Positions 62,501-64,000 of a stretch of DNA of 64,000 nt are shown in pieces. Each line of letters starts with the position of its first letter. Position 1 is the first letter of the stretch. Origin of the DNA: Takakia lepidozioides (Eukaryota > Plantae > Bryophyta); contig CM060731.1 in the NCBI GenBank assembly GCA_030704615.1, positions 43,338,001 to 43,402,000 on the forward strand, written 5' to 3'. The position numbers and the translations under genes are program-made. The notes under the pieces are model-generated. The model was not told the DNA's origin. It searched no databases and saw only the letters and a list, made by a program, of their open reading frames with translations.

Positions 62501-63113
62501 CCCCTGAGCCGACACCTTCGTTGGCCTGTGATCCAAGTGCTCCACTTGATCCAGGTCTAACGGGTTGGGATGTCCTGGTTGTAGTCTCAACCTCAGCTGT
62601 TGGGTCTACTTCTTCATATTCTTCCTCTTCCAATTTCTTCTCTCTGTTTTCATCATTCAAGTTCTGCCCTTGGGTTTCTTCTTCACTCATGTAACTCAAC
62701 TGTAATGGTGTTGGAGAGTCTGAACTCTCCGTTGGCTCTGCCACATCCTCATCTCCTTCTTCATCTTCTGCTTCAGAAACTGGAGTTCCTGCTTTTGGTG
62801 TTCCATGCCAACTTTTATCAAAGATTTCTGTCAAATCTTTTATCCAAGGATGTACCTCAGATCTTTCACCTCTTGATTGATCTTCTTCCTTTACCAATTC
62901 CCTTAATCTTTCTTGCAAAGAAACAGAAGGAGTGGCATCCAACTCTAGTTCTTCCGGTATAGGTGATGCACTTTTTGATCTTGATGGTGTGAGAGGTCCA
63001 GATGATTCCCCTATGTCTATTCCTCTCTCCCAAAGATATGGATAATTAGCTTTCAGATAGCTTTCCCTTTTTAATGAATATCTTTGTCGTCTAGCTTCTC
63101 TTTCATCACTCAT
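56589..63113 (-). CDS. Gag-Pol polyprotein (gag, 3 CCHC knuckles, protease, RT, RNase H, integrase)
   Basis: YSGKGDPDVHISQF..LFPCSL..ASEWY; CAKCQNEGHTTTEC, CTICKMDNHSTENC, CYYCNQPGHRKAAC; LIDGGSGVN; VFLDDF; HCDAS..ERNYSTTERE; H..GGHF..CDECQ; WGLDFVGP..SDQGSHF..GQAE; WKGPY. No chromodomain and no extra RNase H seen. Confidence 0.97.
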   Translation of the reverse strand: MSDEREARRQRYSLKRESYLKANYPYLWERGIDIGESSGPLTPSRSKSASPIPEELELDATPSVSLQERLRELVKEEDQSRGERSEVHPWIKDLTEIFDKSWHGTPKAGTPVSEAEDEEGDEDVAEPTESSDSPTPLQLSYMSEEETQGQNLNDENREKKLEEEEYEEVDPTAEVETTTRTSQPVRPGSSGALGSQANEGVGSGGSGGLPGSGSGGTGSVGSSATEAGNTVNIVGPEAGSAQGPPLGGRSTTKTTGPEGPAPARVPAPVSGQKVGPQMALQPTRAKPPFPIYSGKGDPDVHISQFEHMCIVNNENGDDAKMRLFPCSLIKKASEWYARFPDNHFLTWNGLNTAFRNRFRTSKTEDEVYGSLQQLKQKKHETVEEYMEKMELMMKKLAAVPAPGLQKTWFVSGLRPELQKKVDMLPHNTVEEAFETANRIEQLGMLRREKKEDEDSEDESDEEEEQELKRKSKRKEKLKRDNYEKRLEEILKKYATEAATHWRKGVWCAKCQNEGHTTTECHMKEKHCTICKMDNHSTENCYYNRRTAAREPRQVRVHQVQPQPRRSNDQDHYGRSGGYNNGMEGRGNSRGNYQGNSRGNYQGNPRGNYQPGNQDYRNNPRPDQGRGPNGEELCYYCNQPGHRKAACSFWIRHQNEMRAPVNEGPVVAAHMVRPCVVPEVSTMIVTRSKAKLIPPVEEEEDETGSGNDMPEEEETWKDEKELHKEVADTIREMQKSTDIPVADSSDSDGEKEESEEERRKEDADMQSNEETLAEVICQTKAEITIGQLLAVAPYCRHRLYQAINRIAQETGNTDLNSKVTSYNVKPEGREPVMDFDDSMPVIQLRIGSTELTDVLIDGGSGVNIMTDQLRKKLGLSNMKPAPFTVTMADQRSVQPLGLIRGVKIQIQKMIFLITVTVLKMDEVMEAYSLLLGRPWLKQARVFHDWNSQLLTVHNGMHEIQITTKKSSRLPATRRPRGVREYDWRGGLDEEQEATLFAAHPEWEQVAEMRLESLSCLRGICCGVVTATPTEEETSIYPSHFYEEREGEIEILEEPATVSLQDEVVTGWTITADEQVREVNVGTPEEPRMVKVGADLEPEFFEEAKSLFIKYRDVFAWSYEDLKGIPPEVCQHKIELEPGSVPIKQARYRMNPNYAQKVGEEIKKLAEAKFIYPIEYTTWLSPIVIVPKKNGKLRVCVNYKKLNACTKKDPFPLPFTEAVLDTVAGHEMYSFMDGFSGYNQVQVAEEDQGKTAFITDWGAYAYKVMPFGLCNAPATFQRVISESFQEYLDDFMQVFLDDFSVYSSKNEHLHKLELCLARCRMRGLGLNPEKCTFCVNSGVLLGHIVCKKGLLVDPRKTESIKVSPPPVNVKSLRRFLGQTSYYRRFVKRYAQIAAPLSKLLKKDAVFAWTAECQQAFEELTLSVTTTPVLINPHWHVVFHVHCDASGEALGAVLAQNVTGNIDSPVYYASRLMNSAERNYSTTEREALAMIYAVKKFRHYLLGRKFMFYVDHQALIYLVNKPLISGRIARWLIILHEFEFEVIYKPGRLHLVADHLSRLTTGEAATGVDDQLPDASLFVMEVQGSADEWLDWQWPIRYYLAHGQCPPSYGKEQRKRIAIRALPYTMVGSRMYKLGPDGVLKRCLYHHEVNKVLEEVHKGVAGGHFGEETTSRKILLAGYWWPTLFKDVHEYCQKCDECQRLGPLQRSGRMALHPTMPTEPFQKWGLDFVGPINPPSKNTRNRYIITATDYTTKWVEAKALRDNTAKSTARFLYENILTRFGCPLEFISDQGSHFMNETIELLTKEFMIVHRKSTTYYPQGNGQAEATNKILCTILAKIVNANRTDWDTKLLTALWSYRTSYKVTTKYTPFQLVYGMEALLPVEFLLPTMRTEWGKRMELQDSIKVRKHELYHVEEVRADAADNMTRIQMKRKEQFDKGKLKTFKTGDLVLWLQKKGKIQASKLKSPWKGPYVIQKMYDNNTAMLQTINKEMLGRVNANKLKGYSGIHDKPLQHDLHVEPQEQSRAAPVLRTEYGTLVARPSIYDRGGQNKRDTAYHSPSRRDTAYHSPSRRDAANHSPARRTTAYHSPSRRDTAYNSHHDVTQPTTAQQGATQLTTARHDVTQPITARHDVTQPTTTQQGVTQPITTYRSVSQPITAYHSATQPITAQDSLLKLHDP
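56610..56972. repeat. ~30-bp tandem repeat (~12 units) at the end of pol
   Basis: Units like GGGCTGTGATAGGCTGTGTCACGTCGTGAC, translated as RDTAYHSPSR and then HDVTQPITAR. Confidence 0.9.
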
Positions 63114-63135
63114 GTCCCATGTCTTTCATTTCTTT

Positions 63136-63831
63136 TTAATGTGGCAATAACCAAAACTCTCTTCTGTAATATCTCTCGTATATGCCTGGATTTCTTTCAA
63201 GCTTCAATGCACCCTTGGCTATACTTGAAGTCTCCGTTACCATATAACCATATGGCAAACAAGTCTGAAAAGCTGTTCTTGGTGTGAGTTTGATCCACAA
63301 AATATCCTTTGGAATCCAATTCTTTACCAGTACAAGCTCTTCATGCATATGAGTATAAACATTCACCTTTCTTTCTTCCCAGCCTTCAAACTCTACTCGT
63401 TTAATGGATAGCAATGCTATCACATAAACCAATGTTGGTAACCAACGTGCTCTTCCTCTACAGGCTACTTGATAAATCTTTATCACTCCTTTCTCCAGAC
63501 CCCATTCTGGATCAGCATCATGCACTCGTTTAAGAATATTTTCTTTACATCCGTCTGGCAATTCCAAGAACCTTTGAAAGAACTGTTTGGACAATCTTTC
63601 TTCCTTCGTTTCACAGGGAATTTGATTCACTTCAAATTCTTTAATGGTCCAACCACCATGATCCCACCAGATGCCTGTCACATCTGGTTGTTCATGTCCC
63701 AGTTCCCCAGTATGGTCGCCAAATGTCGCGCGGCTTTTACTCACCCATCCCTTCGCTATCCGAGGCGGAAACTCCAAGATAGAAGAGTTGGAAATCTCTA
63801 AGTACTCAGCCCGCGCAGAACAATCAGTCAT
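63136..63831 (-). CDS. Gypsy upstream accessory ORF1 (231 aa, unknown function), starting inside the 5' LTR
   Basis: The ATG at 63831 lies in the LTR, the frame reads through the PBS, and it stops 22 nt before the gag ATG. Conserved in the second copy. Confidence 0.7.
   Translation of the reverse strand: MTDCSARAEYLEISNSSILEFPPRIAKGWVSKSRATFGDHTGELGHEQPDVTGIWWDHGGWTIKEFEVNQIPCETKEERLSKQFFQRFLELPDGCKENILKRVHDADPEWGLEKGVIKIYQVACRGRARWLPTLVYVIALLSIKRVEFEGWEERKVNVYTHMHEELVLVKNWIPKDILWIKLTPRTAFQTCLPYGYMVTETSSIAKGALKLERNPGIYERYYRREFWLLPH
63704..63721 (-). other. Primer-binding site (tRNA-Arg-like)
   Basis: Minus-strand TGGCGACCATACTGGGGA, 2 nt inside the LTR boundary; resembles the Arg-type PBS of Ogre/Tat elements. 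The tRNA identity is inferred. Confidence 0.7.
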
Positions 63832-64000
63832 GACCTACAGCTAGTGTATCATGGGGGTGTTTCCTATTTGTTTCCCTTTTCGCATTCATCTTTGGCTACC
63901 TTACCATTGATAATTACGTATTAGTTTCCTTCACTCCTCCATTCAATCCACAGCTTCACTCAGATCTCTCTACACAGTGTGATTGTATCGTATAAATATC
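63724..64000 (-). repeat. 5' LTR (partial)
   Basis: Matches 51264-51540. Confidence 0.93.

Larger units (their letters stand above)
51264..64000 (-). mobile_element. Young, apparently intact non-chromovirus Ty3/gypsy LTR retrotransposon with three sense ORFs (5' LTR runs off the window)
   Basis: 3' LTR at 51264-52328, PPT, ORF3, gag-pol, ORF1, PBS, and 5' LTR from 63724. The 277 LTR bases that can be compared look identical. Confidence 0.95.

Noticed and set aside
52578-63801. Many short plus-strand ORFs
   Set aside because: Antisense shadows of the gypsy ORFs.

Overview
Eukaryotic, plant-type genomic DNA; a seed-free land plant is my inference. It has GT-AG introns, a 500-N gap at 30278-30777 and a high repeat content. 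The left half (1-30277) is a rearranged segmental duplication. Two inverted copies each of a TAA1/TAR-type aminotransferase gene and a NUDX14-type Nudix gene are all disabled, by different lesions. Between and around them lie a BTB remnant, a DPB4/NF-YB11-like remnant, a two-exon coiled-coil gene built from 42-bp repeats, a LINE endonuclease relic, and a DD35D pogo/Fot-like element whose right tip marks the rearrangement breakpoint. In the right half, a ~116-bp tandem array abuts the gap; each unit carries an 18-bp-stem palindrome and the array has higher-order structure. Next to it is an apparently intact spliced Mutator-like transposase (GCM-like Zn domain, DDE core, SWIM finger) whose far end has related small palindromes. 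Then come a truncated copy and a near-complete young copy of a three-ORF non-chromovirus Ty3/gypsy element: an LTR-initiated upstream ORF, gag-pol, and a >1200-aa downstream ORF. The young copy is nested in an older gypsy relic. The best candidates for novelty are the palindrome array plus GCM-MULE unit and the three-ORF gypsy element. All calls come from reading the sequence by eye; no searches were run.
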